A DNA stretch of 64,000 bases from Stylophora pistillata. Its lineage: Eukaryota. Below the pieces are notes generated by a model. It made no database searches. It was not told where the DNA came from and worked only from the letters and a program-made list of their open reading frames with translations. Position 1 is the stretch's first letter, and every line of letters begins with the position of its first letter. The translations under genes and the position numbers were made by a program. The stretch is from positions 359,257-423,256 of the forward strand of contig NW_019218018.1 in NCBI RefSeq assembly GCF_002571385.2. The letters run 5' to 3'. Positions 34,323 through 47,000 of this stretch are shown here, one piece after another.

Positions 34323-35702
34323 ATGTCCTCTTCAAACTGCGTTTCAACTTACTTCATGGCTGAAAAATTCGATAATTCCGAACTGTTAGACAGTGCACGG
34401 AAGTTCATCTTATCAAATTTCGCCAAAGTTGCACAAACAGAAAATTTCTTACGTCTACCGAGTCACGAAGTTGAACAATTAGTGTCCAGCGACGATGTTG
34501 TTGTCAACTCAGAGGAAGATATTGTTAAAGCAATTATAAAGTGGACTATTCTCAAGAAAAGTGAAAGAAGCAAAGAATTCTGTAATCTCTTCCGTCACGT
34601 TCGATTGACCTTTTTGTCGCGTGACTTTTTGCTGAATAATGTTGTGACAAACGAACTTGTGACAGAAAATGAAGACTGTGTTGATCGCGTGAACAGCGCG
34701 TTGGCTTGGATGGATCGGAAAACCGATTGTGACCTTTCCCGGCCATATTCTCCGAGAAAGGCTTTGGAGAAATGTGTTATTGCGATATGGGGAGAGGACA
34801 AACCATTCCGCCCTCTTTTCTATGTTCCTGAAAATAATGATTTTTGTCACCTTCCGGGCATGACCGAACCAGACTGTGTGCCACAGCATGTTTTCTCGTG
34901 CCGAGGAAAACTATTCTTTGTTGCCCAGGAAGTAAATAAATCGCAGTATTATGACCCAGATTTTAATTGCTGGCGTCCGGCTCCATGGACCAAGACCGAT
35001 TCAAGGGTAAATTGGTGCAAAACTAACCGGCAAGAGATAGGCAAACTATTCTTTCGGGCAGTAGTTGTTGTCGAAAACGAAATCTGTTTCATCGAGGACA
35101 ACCTACAAACGTATTCAAGCTCTCTCTGTAAATTTAACTTGGACACGAATTTCACGACTCGTTCGAAGGACTGGGTAACAACAATCAGGACTTGTCTTGT
35201 CACTCTGGGCCAGTACATCTACGTCATTGGAGGGACTAAATCTGATGTAGATATTGTCGCCCATTGCTCTAGGTATGACATCGTGGAAAATACTTGGCAG
35301 AAATTAACGAACTTACGTTTGGCAAGATTTAGAGCCCTTGGAGTTGCAACACAAGAAAAGATTTACGTCGGCGGAGGATGGCTTGACTTTGGCGGTGAGA
35401 TTACCAATACGTGTGAAGTTTATAGTGTAATAACAGATGAGTGGCATTTGATGGGTGGTTTAACAGTTCCTCGGGATATTGGAAACATGCTATCGATTGA
35501 TGAATCTTTGTACGCGTTGGGTGGAGTTTGCCATCCCGTCCTCGGCAAGATATGGTCAGTTGAAAGCTACGAGCATGGAAAAGATGAGTGGAGAGAAAAC
35601 AGGCATATCCTTGACATTCACAAAATTATGACGTTCAGGGCGTGTACCTTTAGAATGTTGAATGACGTGTCAGTCAAGCTGAAGCACCATGGCAACTGTT
35701 AA
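34323..35702 (+). CDS. Kelch-like (BTB-BACK-Kelch) protein, copy A; 5' end missing in assembly gap
   Basis: Open frame with BACK (NCV...SSDD...EE...W...LFRHVRL) and Kelch blades (YIYVIGG, KIYVGGG, LYALGG). Paralog of 38200-39909. Confidence 0.85.
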   Translation: MSSSNCVSTYFMAEKFDNSELLDSARKFILSNFAKVAQTENFLRLPSHEVEQLVSSDDVVVNSEEDIVKAIIKWTILKKSERSKEFCNLFRHVRLTFLSRDFLLNNVVTNELVTENEDCVDRVNSALAWMDRKTDCDLSRPYSPRKALEKCVIAIWGEDKPFRPLFYVPENNDFCHLPGMTEPDCVPQHVFSCRGKLFFVAQEVNKSQYYDPDFNCWRPAPWTKTDSRVNWCKTNRQEIGKLFFRAVVVVENEICFIEDNLQTYSSSLCKFNLDTNFTTRSKDWVTTIRTCLVTLGQYIYVIGGTKSDVDIVAHCSRYDIVENTWQKLTNLRLARFRALGVATQEKIYVGGGWLDFGGEITNTCEVYSVITDEWHLMGGLTVPRDIGNMLSIDESLYALGGVCHPVLGKIWSVESYEHGKDEWRENRHILDIHKIMTFRACTFRMLNDVSVKLKHHGNC

Positions 35703-36052
35703 TCGATATCAAAGCCTCTAACATTAATATCCATAAGTAAGACTCCATTTATTAGGAGTTGAGTACCCAAAATATTTTTATAATCTTTTTCTGTGGAAAC
35801 GATACGGGTTACTCTTAACAGTCCAAAATAAAAAACAGCCTCCCTTCCACACTATTATATAGGTTACGTAGAATTGCAGGACAAATTTTTTTAAATGAAC
35901 TGAAGTCAATAAAATAGCTACATACGTGCATGAAACGGTGATTCAAAATTGTTTGATAACTTAAACTTAAACATGTCCGTTACCAGAGAAACGTTCTTTT
36001 CAGAATAAGCGACTGGGCCTCCTAACAATGAAACCCTCAGTTGGCAAGAATT

Positions 36053-36241
36053 AACAAATGGTAAACACCACAGCGTACACTATTGAGTTATGGATGTACG
36101 CGGGAGGTTGCTAAGCACGAAAGAAGCGTAAGAGTCGCTCGAGGCGGTAGCCGAGAGCGACTCTAGCTTCTTGAGTGCATAGCAAACCTCCCAAGTGCAT
36201 CCATAACTCAATATTGTACGCTGTGGTGTTTACCATTTGTT
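36053..36241. repeat. ~190-bp imperfect palindrome (transposon-derived hairpin)
   Basis: aacaaatggtaaacaccacagcgtaca...tgtacgctgtggtgtttaccatttgtt; inner arms ttgagttatggatg / catccataactcaa. Confidence 0.85.
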
Positions 36242-36877
36242 TTATAACATAACATTGATACATTGTAGCTAAAGAGTTCCCTTTTATTTAACAAATCTTA
36301 CGNNNNNNNNNNNNNNNNNNNNNNNNNNNNNNNNNNNNNNNNNNNNNNNNNNNNNNNNNNNNNNNNNNNNNNNNNNNNNNNNNNNNNNNNNNNNNNNNNN
36401 NNNNNNNNNNNNNNNNNNNNNNNNNNNNNNNNNNNNNNNNNNNNNNNNNNNNNNNNNNNNNNNNNNNNNNNNNNNNNNNNNNNNNNNNNNNNNNNNNNNN
36501 NNNNNNNNNNNNNNNNNNNNNNNNNNNNNNNNNNNNNNNNNNNNNNNNNNNNNNNNNNNNNNNNNNNNNNNNNNNNNNNNNNNNNNNNNNNNNNNNNNNN
36601 NNNNNNNNNNNNNNNNNNNNNNNNNNNNNNNNNNNNNNNNNNNNNNNNNNNNNNNNNNNNNNNNNNNNNNNNNNNNNNNNNNNNNNNNNNNNNNNNNNNN
36701 NNNNNNNNNNNNNNNNNNNNNNNNNNNNNNNNNNNNNNNNNNNNNNNNNNNNNNNNNNNNNNNNNNNNNNNNNNNNNNNNNNNNNNNNNNNNNNNNNNNN
36801 NNNNNNNNNNNNNNNNNNNNNNNNNNNNNNNNNNNNNNNNNNNNNNNNNNNNNNNNNNNNNNNNNNNNNNNNNNNNN

Positions 36878-37596
36878 TAGGAAAGTCAAGGGAGAGTGTT
36901 GTCGTCTGCTCCAATCATTTTCGAGACGGGAAGCCTTCAGTAAGCAATCCAATACCTACTCTTTTTTTGACTCCTTTTGAGCATTCAAATACTAAGTCAC
37001 CCAAAAGGCGGCGATTATCAACATCGGTTGATAATAGTGATATCATCACTGCAAGTGACGAATTGATGAAAAGTGGAGACGATTCCCCAGGGTTAAAACT
37101 GTGTACAGCCTCTGCACAAATAACCAGAGATGCTGATGTTCGACTCTATACTGGCATGCAAAATACAGATGCTTTCAGAACCTTATTTGAGTACTTACTC
37201 CCACCATAAATCCTAAAATTTAAAACTACACAATATCGATGGCTAAAAAACATATTCTAATTTCTCAACCGAAAGAAGTGCTTTTTAAAATGCCATTCTC
37301 GCACCATGGCGGCCACGAGGTCACCTTCAAACAACATATCAATCTGCCCATAAAACGCAGTGATAAAAAGGTACTTCGCCAAAAATTCGGCACTTACTTT
37401 TAGTAACGCCTTATCTATGTTCCCACTAGATTTGGAGACGAAAATAAGCGATTTTCCCTTTATAAAGTTACGATATTGAGCGAAGGTACCGACGCGCGTC
37501 GAATAATTACAAAAGAATATATTGCTTGTTGCTACGCAACGAGGTTTTGTTTGACCCCCAAACAATATGGCCGTAAAAACCGTGGAAGGGTCTATT
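36878..37596 (+). mobile_element. THAP-containing Harbinger/ISL2EU-type transposon relic
   Basis: Frame reads VVCSNHFRDGKPSVSNPIPTLF (THAP CxxHF...PTLF) then DVRLYTGM...FRTLFEYL, stopping at 37209; Harbinger-like terminus gaagggtctatt near 37596. Confidence 0.65.
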
Positions 37597-38199
37597 AGTT
37601 TCTTAAGTAAACCACTGAAAACTTTCACTTTCGCATAAGCATTGGAACCTTAACGGCGATTAGTGAATGTCTAAACGGTCGTGACTTTCTGAGTAAGGAC
37701 TGGACCCATTATTATATTTCAAATCCTTTAAAAAAATAATAGATTCTTGTCCTCACTTCGAAACCTGCTTTTGGAGTATCTATTTAAGTCACAACCATGT
37801 CCAAACGCGGGCATCCTCCGGATTCCTTGACTTGTTCCCTCCCATGATCCCAGTCATCTTCAAAATGGGTGCAACCCCCCGAAAGGTTCGAAAGGTTAGA
37901 AGGAAGTAGTGTGATGAGTCCTGGTACTCGTCTTGCTCCTTCCCGTCATTCCTTTGTACCCCACTTCAGCTCTGTGCATATTTTTGGAAACGACTGAAGA
38001 CGAGTCAAGCAACTAACACTGTTGTTGCAGTATTGCTCCACCGTCACTGTCCGAAGTAGTTTTGTGATCGCCACAGCCCTATTTCGTAAAAGAAACGTTA
38101 ACACGGCGACGGCCCATTGTTTTAATAGTTTGACATAAAACGAAGAAATCTGCTTTTAGAATCGCTAAGTCTTAACAGTCTCCATAACTCCTATACGAA

Positions 38200-39909
38200 A
38201 TGAATTTGTCCGATCAAGCCGAGTCTGAATCGCCTAAAACTGTGTCAGTGATAGTTCAGGATGGAAAGGAATTCAAGACGCACAGACATGTTCTTTCCGA
38301 GGCAAGTCACTTCTTTGAAAAACTCCTCACCAGCAACATGAAAGAAAATAACGAAGGAGTAATTCGATTGGAATACTTCACGGAGTCGCTGATGAAAGAT
38401 GTTCTCGAGTTTATTCACACTGGAAATGTTTGCATTTCGACAGGTGGAAATGCCGCAGAGCTCATTGCAGCGGCAGATTACCTGTGTCTCTCCAAGCTCA
38501 AGTCGTTTGCTGGGAAATTCATCGAGCAGACCATGTCCTCTTCAAACTGCGTTTCGACTTACTTCATGGCTGAGAAATTCTATCATTCCGAGCTGTTGGA
38601 CAGCGCGCGGAAGTTCATCTTATCAAATTTTGCCAGAGTCGCACAAACAAAAAATTTCCCTCGTTTACCGAGTCACGAAGTTGAACAATTAGTGTCCAGC
38701 GACGATGTCGTAATCAATTCAGAGGAAGACGTTTTTAAAGCAATTATAAAGTGGACTATTCACAAGAAAAGTGAAAGAAGCAAAGAATTCTGTAATCTCT
38801 TCCGTCACGTTCGCTTGACCCTTCTTTCGCGTGACTTTTTACTGAATGATGTCGTGACAAACGAAATTGTGACAGGAAGTGAAGAGTGTCTCGGTAGCGC
38901 GACTCACGCGTTAGCTTGGATGGATCGTGCAGCCTATGGTGACCTTTCAAGATCGTTTCCTCCGCGAAAGGCACTCGAGAAGTGTGTCATCGCAATTTGC
39001 AGAAAGCATGAGCCTTTAGAGAACCCTCTTTTTTACCTTCCCAAAAAGGGTGATATTTTTCGCTTGCAGGGTATGGCCAAAACTGACTGTGTACCTGAAC
39101 ATGTTTTCTCATGCCGGGGGAAACTATTTTTCATTTCCAAAGAAATTGATAAATCGCAATATTATGACCCAGATTTTAACTGCTGGCATGCAGCACCCTG
39201 GACAAAAACCGATTCAGAAATTAACTGGCTGCACTGGCGAGTAATGGGTAGACCAGTTCGTCGCAAAGTAGTAGTCGTTCAGAACGAAATTTGTTTCATT
39301 GAGGAAGATCTAGATGAAGTATCAAGCTGTCTCTGGAAATTCAACCTGGACACGAATTCCACGAGTTGCACGAAGGACTGGCTAGAAACAACAAGAATTT
39401 GTGCCGTAACAGTGGGCAAGTACATTTATGTTATAGGTGGGGCTAGAGACATAAATATTATCGCACAATGTTCAAAGTTTGACGCCGCGGAAAACAAATG
39501 GGAGAAGTTGGCGAATTTAAACATGGCGAGGTTTGATGCCCTTGGAGTTGGAACACAAGAAAAGATTTACGTCGCTGGAGGGTGGCTGGACTTCGACGAG
39601 TGTACCAACACGTGTGAAGTTTACTACGAGTTTACAGATGAATGGCACTCGATGGGTCGATTAACAGTTTTCCGGCCTTTTGGAAACATGGTGTTAATTG
39701 ATAATTCTTTGTACGCGCTGGGTGGTGCTTTGCATGAGTTTTTCGGAAATGTATGGTCAATTGAGGGCTACGACCACGAAAAAGATGAGTGGATAGAAAA
39801 GGAACGTACCCTCTTTGTTGAAAATATTACGCAGTACAAAGCGTCTTCCTTTACATATTTGAAAAATGGGTCAATCAAGTTGAAACGTTACAAAGGTATC
39901 TTTCAATGA
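38200..39909 (+). CDS. Kelch-like (BTB-BACK-Kelch) protein, copy B, intronless, 569 aa
   Basis: BTB (GKEFKTHRHVLS.AS.FFEKLL...MKE...LEFIHTG...AADYL), BACK, and Kelch repeats with GG-Y-W signatures in the last three blades. Confidence 0.93.
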   Translation: MNLSDQAESESPKTVSVIVQDGKEFKTHRHVLSEASHFFEKLLTSNMKENNEGVIRLEYFTESLMKDVLEFIHTGNVCISTGGNAAELIAAADYLCLSKLKSFAGKFIEQTMSSSNCVSTYFMAEKFYHSELLDSARKFILSNFARVAQTKNFPRLPSHEVEQLVSSDDVVINSEEDVFKAIIKWTIHKKSERSKEFCNLFRHVRLTLLSRDFLLNDVVTNEIVTGSEECLGSATHALAWMDRAAYGDLSRSFPPRKALEKCVIAICRKHEPLENPLFYLPKKGDIFRLQGMAKTDCVPEHVFSCRGKLFFISKEIDKSQYYDPDFNCWHAAPWTKTDSEINWLHWRVMGRPVRRKVVVVQNEICFIEEDLDEVSSCLWKFNLDTNSTSCTKDWLETTRICAVTVGKYIYVIGGARDINIIAQCSKFDAAENKWEKLANLNMARFDALGVGTQEKIYVAGGWLDFDECTNTCEVYYEFTDEWHSMGRLTVFRPFGNMVLIDNSLYALGGALHEFFGNVWSIEGYDHEKDEWIEKERTLFVENITQYKASSFTYLKNGSIKLKRYKGIFQ

Positions 39910-40012
39910 GAGGTCCTTCTGGTGTCTGAAACCCTAACGATAATACTCTCTTAGAGACTACCGTACTACGTAGTTACGTGCTTTATCAATAATCCGTTTT
40001 GCTCCCCTGTCA

Positions 40013-40180
40013 AGTTCTGTTCCAACAATGATCTTGACCCTTTACACCATAACATCAGTATGCATATTCTTCGTTCTGTTCTCTACACATTTCTATACAG
40101 TTCTGTTCCAACAATGATCTTGACCCTTTACACCATAACATCAGTATGCATATTCTTCATTCTGTTCTCTACACATTTCC
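40013..40180. repeat. 86-bp tandem duplication spanning the left end of a TTAACCC-type MITE
   Basis: agttctgttccaacaatgatcttgacccttt... occurs at 40013 and 40099. Confidence 0.8.
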
Positions 40181-41386
40181 TTAAGTGCTGACAGGGAGAA
40201 CTTGTTTAAAAAGCAAGAGCTTCTTTATCTGGTGATCAATTCCTCTATTCCCGTTACCTTAATGTTTGATTCAGGGGTGATATTGTTGGGAGAAATTAAA
40301 TGCTAGTCACTATTTGGAGCTAAAGGGTTAAGTGACCCTGGGGTAAATGCAACCTTTTGCCCTGGGCAAATTTCCTGCGGTACCTCAACCCCGTTTGAAG
40401 GCCAAACGTTTGACACTCTTTTGCTTTGTGTCTCCAACAAGAGACTCCATTATATCAGTACAGTGTCCATGGACAATATGAAGCTTGTTCGGTTAAAAAT
40501 GGCTTTGAAATATCTTATCACACTCAACTTTTGTGCCAAGTTTCAGCCAAATCGGTTGACTACCACTTTTGGCTCCTGAAACACTTTCTCAAAAACAGGG
40601 ACACTTAAAACCATTAACAAATAATTGAACACCTTATGACAGTAAACTAATTGATTAAAAATACGTTTTTCATTTATTAGACAAACTTTGTGTCTTTGCT
40701 TTAATTTATTGCTGAGAAACAAAAGAACATAAGCTCAATTCCTTTTAATGAGAGACAATAAAGTAATAATGTGTAGGTCTGATTGTTAATTCTCAACCTT
40801 AGCTGCTACACATTTTCTTGTAGATTAGTTACAAGAATTTGTTGTTCAATCAAGATAACAACTATCGGTAATATCTGATAAGTTTGAGTATTCTCATTAC
40901 CTGTCTGTAAGATAATGTAGGAATATTATAAGGAGAAGTTATTAATCACTTCTGCGGGTTAATGGGTTAAATTATTTTCTTGCTTTGGTATTGATGTGTC
41001 TCTTAGGTGACCACCCCCTACATGAAAGGGTGATTGCTAAAGTGAGCTGACTGTATTTGCAATAACCATCTAGACCATAGGTAAACAGGTCACTGATTGT
41101 TTGAACAAGGAATAAAGTAAGTATTGTGACTGGTTTTTTAGTCTTCAATCTGATTGCTGAGAATGTGGCCCCAAGTTTAATGAACAATCAAAGAGCAAAA
41201 ACAAAACTATCCAAGATTAATTTCATGATGAGAATTCAAGTGAGTCCTTAAAGTAGTGTTATTCTAGAAAGTTAAATATCAGAGCTTGCAATTATCAACT
41301 GCATCATCATTTGGGACAGCAGTAGAATAGAAGGTGATCAGGCAGGTCATTGTTGATTAACATAATTTTATACCCATATTTCAGTC

Positions 41387-43892
41387 TCAATAGAATGCTT
41401 CATTATCCCCAGAGTAATGAATAATTTCTCTATCCACTTGCAAGTTCAACAACAGTTGACTCATCGTAGGCTTGGGATCCAGTTGTATTTTTTCCAAAAG
41501 TCTCTCTGCAGCTTCCTGGCTTACTCTCCTCCACTTGTCTATCAAACATTTCAGCTCCTTGAGGTCATTCTACAAAATCAGGAACAACTTATAGTCACTC
41601 TCAAAAATCCAAAGACTGAGACACAGGCATCCCATCTGTGGTTACAGACAGAGAGCCCATCCTGCAAGATTTTAGCTGTGTAAATTTCTCAAGCTTAATT
41701 TTTCTTACATTTTTTCATAGTTATTTTTCCAGTGAGTGCCATTTTATTCTTTGCTTACCTTATTTCTACACATTTTGACAAGATTTAGTTTTCTCAAGGA
41801 GTCTTCTCTTTCTTGTATCATTTTGATTAAATCTTTTTTCTCAGTCAGAAGCTTGTGTAAGGCTGGCCCAGTTTCCTTAGGGCTTGGAATCTCATTGCGA
41901 TCTTGACTGTTATTGTATCTACATCTTTTTGGTGTATCAAAATTTTCCTGTAATAGGAGAGAGAAATCAATATAAATATTACTCATATATGATTTTTCTA
42001 CCATTGGTTTTAGGAAAGATACCACAAAATTTTCAAGGATTTTTTAGCAAGTGACTAAAACTGCAGATCTGAAAAACAGAAAATATCCTAACCAAAATAA
42101 GCCCAAATCAAGATTTTAACCCTCTACACCCAAACAGCAGTATGCATATACTCCATACTGTCCTCCAAACATTTCCTAAGGTGCTGACAATGAGGATTTG
42201 TTTAACCATAAAGAGCTTTCATTGGTGAATATTTTCTTCATTCTCATGACCTTAATTTGTGATTAAGAGGTATTATCTTAATGGGAAATTAGATGCTAAT
42301 CACTCTTAAGAGTCCAAGGGTTAAGTCAGATTAATTCTGAATCTCTCAGTGTTACTGTAAATGATCAGTGAATTAGCCATATTTTACCTGATTACCAGAA
42401 GCAAAACAGCGCTCCATCACTGGAGAAACAAATGGTGATGACAGTCTTCGTAGCCCACATGATCTTTTACGAGATGTTGGCGTATACTGAGTGAAAATGA
42501 AAAGTTTCCATTACCAAATGTATGTGTTTATTTGTATATTCACATGTAAATAGTTGTCTCATAACACTCAAACTAAACACCACATTCTTGTGACTAATTT
42601 ATACAGAAATGTGCAGCAGCTAGAGGAAAGAATGAATAGTCAGATCATGGGTGCTTCAGGGTTTAAGATACAAAAAGACTACTAATACAAAATATTTTTC
42701 AAATATACTACAAACATGACCAAAAGCATCATAAGAGCTGTAACCAGTTAACATTACCTTTTGATTAGCACATGAAGCACTCGGAGTGTTTCTTGTGTCT
42801 GGTGTTTGAAGCTGCAATGGTGTTGACCCTGTAGAAATATGGCAGTACATGTAATGAACTTTGAAACATGCCATAACTTACAGCTTTTTAGAAGCTGCAA
42901 CAATGCAACAACTTCCAATATTAACTTTAAAAAAATCATAAAATTGTAATATTTGTATTAGTTGCAATTGAATGCTTATCATCAGGCTTGGAAAAAAAAA
43001 CTATAAGAGATGGTTACATAGAGGTTTGATCTAACACCAAATTCTTGTAACTAATTAACAAGGAAAAGTTAAGCAGCCAGAGGTGAGAATTAACCATCTG
43101 ATCTTGGGGGTTAAAGGGTTACATGCAATGGCAGTTTTGTCACAGGTCTACCTGCCATACCTAATTTAATGTCCCCGATTCGTAGGCCACTTGTGGCCAG
43201 CTAGAAGAGTTTGACACATTAATAAAGTTGATTTATTGATTGATTGATACCTAAACGGCCTCCTAAAGATAATCACAGTTTTCTTTGAGGTCTTGCCTTC
43301 TCTTTGTAAACCCCATACATATGTTGTAGTTAGTTTGAATTTCAGGTTAAGCTACTTTCCAACTACTAAGTCTGATCTGTACTTTCTTTCAGATCAAGGT
43401 GTTATATTCGAGAAAAAGAAAACTTAACAATAATAAAACATTGCACACAAATTCAGTTAGAGATCAAGCAAGAAATAACACCAGGTAAATGTACCGTTGT
43501 AATCTGCTGGTTACAAGTACCGTAAAGACGGTAGCCAATTACCTTGTTACCCCCACCGACGCAGAACGACAATTTCCTCAGAAACTTTCACCCCTTTATT
43601 CAAATGTACTCTTGTTTTACTTCGCCAATGTTTAAGAAAAAACACTCAGATATGAACAAAATTAATGTCTGGAAAAAGGAAATTGTGGTCCATACAGTGA
43701 GCAATTAAATGTTCTTTTCGGCCCGACTTCGGTGCAAGAGTCCAGCTGAAGAGACTGTTTCAAAACAAGAAAAGTCATAATAGTAGAGACTTGGAAACGT
43801 TTTCACATCGAGGTAAATCCTTTGTTTTAAATTGGACGAGTACCTTCAGAAGTATTTGAAATCCCCGCCACACCGTCCGCCATCTCCGCCAT
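41387..43892 (-). CDS. SFR1: Swi5-dependent recombination DNA repair protein 1 homolog (SFR1/MEI5), 196 aa
   Basis: Exons 43892-43844, 42828-42758, 42486-42388, 41947-41759, 41569-41387 total 591 nt in frame. S/T/P-rich N-terminus, then LRKLNLVKMCRNKNDLKELKCLIDKWRRVSQEA...MSQLL..LQVD..IIHY....EAF. Confidence 0.87.
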
Positions 43893-44087
43893 GTTAGTTA
43901 CTCATCTTTGTTTTTTGAGATGGACAGGGCGCATGAGCGCAAGGCTTGTTAACTGGCCCAAAATCACGCGGGGTCATGGAACTTCCTGCTTGGCCGGAAG
44001 AATATAGGGAAAGGGAAAGAATAAGTGCAAGATCCAAAGAAGAACTTTCTTTTAAAATGTGAATTTGCGACGAAACTAATTTTTCAC
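43893..44087. promoter_or_regulatory. Bidirectional promoter between SFR1 and the C3orf38 homolog
   Basis: Start codons are 195 bp apart, head-to-head. Contains opposed ETS-type cores ACTTCCTG and CCGGAAG (43981-44000) and an NRF1-like GCGCATGAGCGC. Confidence 0.7.
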
Positions 44088-47000
44088 ATGTTGTCAGACA
44101 AAGAGTTGGAAGGGTGCAGATCCATCTTGAACAAACTTCCCCAACGGGATTTGATAAATCTTACGGATACGGTGACGAACCGAGCAGTATCGCCAGAAAA
44201 TACAACTGGTGAGGTTATACAAAGATTCTCTTTTGTATCCATATCTTATTGGACGTTTCGATGTGTAGTATCGCTGACTATTTGACGAGCTGTGCCGTAT
44301 TTTGACGAGCCCGTAGGGCGAGCGAAATACAAACAACGATTAAAAAATACTAAGCAGTAAGTTACGCACCGAAACATCTGGTAAGTTATTTGTCATCCAA
44401 CTGCTTTATTTTACATGCATTTCTTATAGGGTGCATTAAGTTATTTATTATCCAACTGCATTATTCTACTTGCTTTCCTTATAAGGTACAATAAAAAATA
44501 ACCAATTGTCCAATATCGCGTAACATTTGAACTCGATTCATGCGTTATTTGTACTCTACTTAGCGCAGTCGGACAAAAAGTTAGGAATATTGTATTTCTA
44601 AAGAAACTTTGGTGCTTCGTCAGTGTGGGGTATTACAAGATAATTTGGTTTCATTAACTGAGTTGATGCTCTATATTGACCATCATTAAGAGTTTCTTGA
44701 GCTGGCGGTTTGATCAGAAGCCCTTTGTCAGATGCTCTATATTGACCACCATTAAGAGTTTCTTGAGCTGGGGGTTTGATAAGAAGCCCTTTGTCAGATG
44801 CTCTATATTGACCACCATTAAGAGTTTCTTGAGCTGGCGGTTTGATCAGAAACCCTTTGTCAGATGCTCAAAACGTCAACCCTAGGAACTACTTCACTGT
44901 GACAAGTGTTTTGAAACATTAAAAAAAAAATTATCTTCTTGTCAAGTTTCTATGTTTTACAACTCATCCGTGTTAATTGCTTTGTATGCTACAGTAGATT
45001 TACAACTCATACTCTGCACCTTATGAAAATACGTACAGTTATTTCTAGGTCAAGTTTTCCTTTATTTTTCGGTTTGGCTGGTAATGAGGAAAATACACAG
45101 TTGGGAAAGATTTCTTTATAACCCCATACTATTCTGAAACAAAGCTGTAATCCCTAAGGAAATCTGTTGTTTTGGCCATTTTTATCGCTTTCCAAGAACT
45201 TTATGCAGAATTAAGCTTGGGGCTGTGTGGAAATCTTGCTACCTTTTGAAACAGGATAACATTTAACCAGATCTTGAGCAGCACAGTACAAACCTCCCAT
45301 AATTGTGTTGATCAAATCTTCCCTACAGAGGCGGTCAATGCCATACTTAGTTACAGCCATACTGCGTCACAGTTGCTGAAAAGGAAGAAAGTGAAGAGAG
45401 AACACATCTATCAGTACTTGGCAGAAAAAGGGATAATTGAACATTTGGCATCTGACAAGCCTACCTTGATAAAAAGGGCATTATTGTATTGGGGCTCCAG
45501 TGGAGAGGTGAGTTTCTGGGATTTCTTTTGAAAGCAAGTTTCAGTTGAGTGAGGTGATCTGTGTGAACTCACATGTCAGGGCTCGAAATTAATGGTTACC
45601 CGTTAACCAATGGTTAGTAATTTTCAACCTTTGGTTACTAAAAATGTGTCCAACTAACTCGACATGGTTAGTAAAATTTTCTAACATATTTAAACATTGG
45701 TAGACTTTGGGACAAAGAGCACGTAGACGAGACTCTCAGAGGAATACTTAAAATACTCAATTTGTTAAATCAACTTAAACTCTTTTAGAGAATGTGCTGT
45801 AGATGTACTGTTCTTGACTAATCATGGTAAACGAGAGGGAAATAAAATAAGTGCATAACAGGGCTAAAAATTAACTCCAGTGCTTGGTGGCCAGTTGGGT
45901 CAGTTAACTTGAATTCTTAGTCGCCCATCCCAAAAAGTAGCCCAGGATTTCCTTTTGTTTAAAATGAAACACTCGAATAAATGCCCTATGGCCTTTAACG
46001 GAGCGTTAACTAACAACACAAAAAGGAATTGCTCCCCCCACCTCCCAGTAATGCCATTCCAGCCATTCATGATAAGATGTGTTGGATGTTTTTGTTTTTT
46101 AAAGTAAATAAAGTAAACTGCAATAAAGTAACTTTAACAATTTATTTGCACTTGTTATNTAAAATTTCTAACATATTTAAACATTGGTAGACTTTGGGAC
46201 AAAGAGCACGTAGACGCGACTCTCAGAGGAATACTTAAAATACTCAATTTGTTAAATCAACTTAAACTCTTTTAGAGAATGTGCTGTAGATGTACTGTTC
46301 TTGACTAATCATGGTAAACGAGAGGGAAATAAAATAAGTGCATAATTGTCAACGTTTTTAAGGTCACCATGCAATTTCAGCTACTCTTTAATTTGTCCTA
46401 GTCGTTACTATCAAAATGTTGAATATTTGAGATATCGTAACTTGTGAGCTTGGATACCAAACTTTATAATTTGGTCAGTAAAAAAGATGTCTACTAACCC
46501 GAAGGGTTAGTGCTCCAAAAATTAAATTCGAGCCCTGCATGTGCTTTGATTCCTAACCCCTTCACCAGCTTCATCCGTAGCCCTTGGACCCTTAGGAGTG
46601 ACTAAAATTTCTCCAGATGATAGCACCTCTGAATCACACCACAAGGTCATGAGAATAAAGGAAATTGTCACCAACTAAAAGGGGGCTCCTGATTGTTAAA
46701 CAGATTCTCCCTGTCAGCAAGTTAGGAAATGTACAGAGAACAGTATGGAGAATATGCATACTGATGTTAGGTTGTAAAGGGTTCATAACTGTAAAATGTT
46801 TGAACCCTCTATGGAGGAGAGGTGATGTCAGGGCTCAACAGCAATGCTGGTGGCCCACTAGCCACAGACTAATAGAAATTCAGTTTTGGCTGCTGGTTTT
46901 CAATTTCCACTAGCCAGTTTGGCTAGTAAACAGACTGAAATTGTCATAACATCTAAAAACATCTAAGATGTCACTAGCTACTTGGCTAGTAAGTTGAAAA

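Noticed and set aside
36284-36952. 208-aa and 222-aa minus-strand ORFs
   Set aside because: Mostly N-gap.
43543-43620. Candidate extra SFR1 exon ending at a good donor (AAG/GTAATT)
   Set aside because: Flanking exons already join in frame without it, and all three frames hit a stop unless a weak GAG acceptor is used.
45673-46344. 185-bp near-exact direct duplication
   Set aside because: The second copy begins immediately after a single N at 46159, typical of a contig-overlap artefact.
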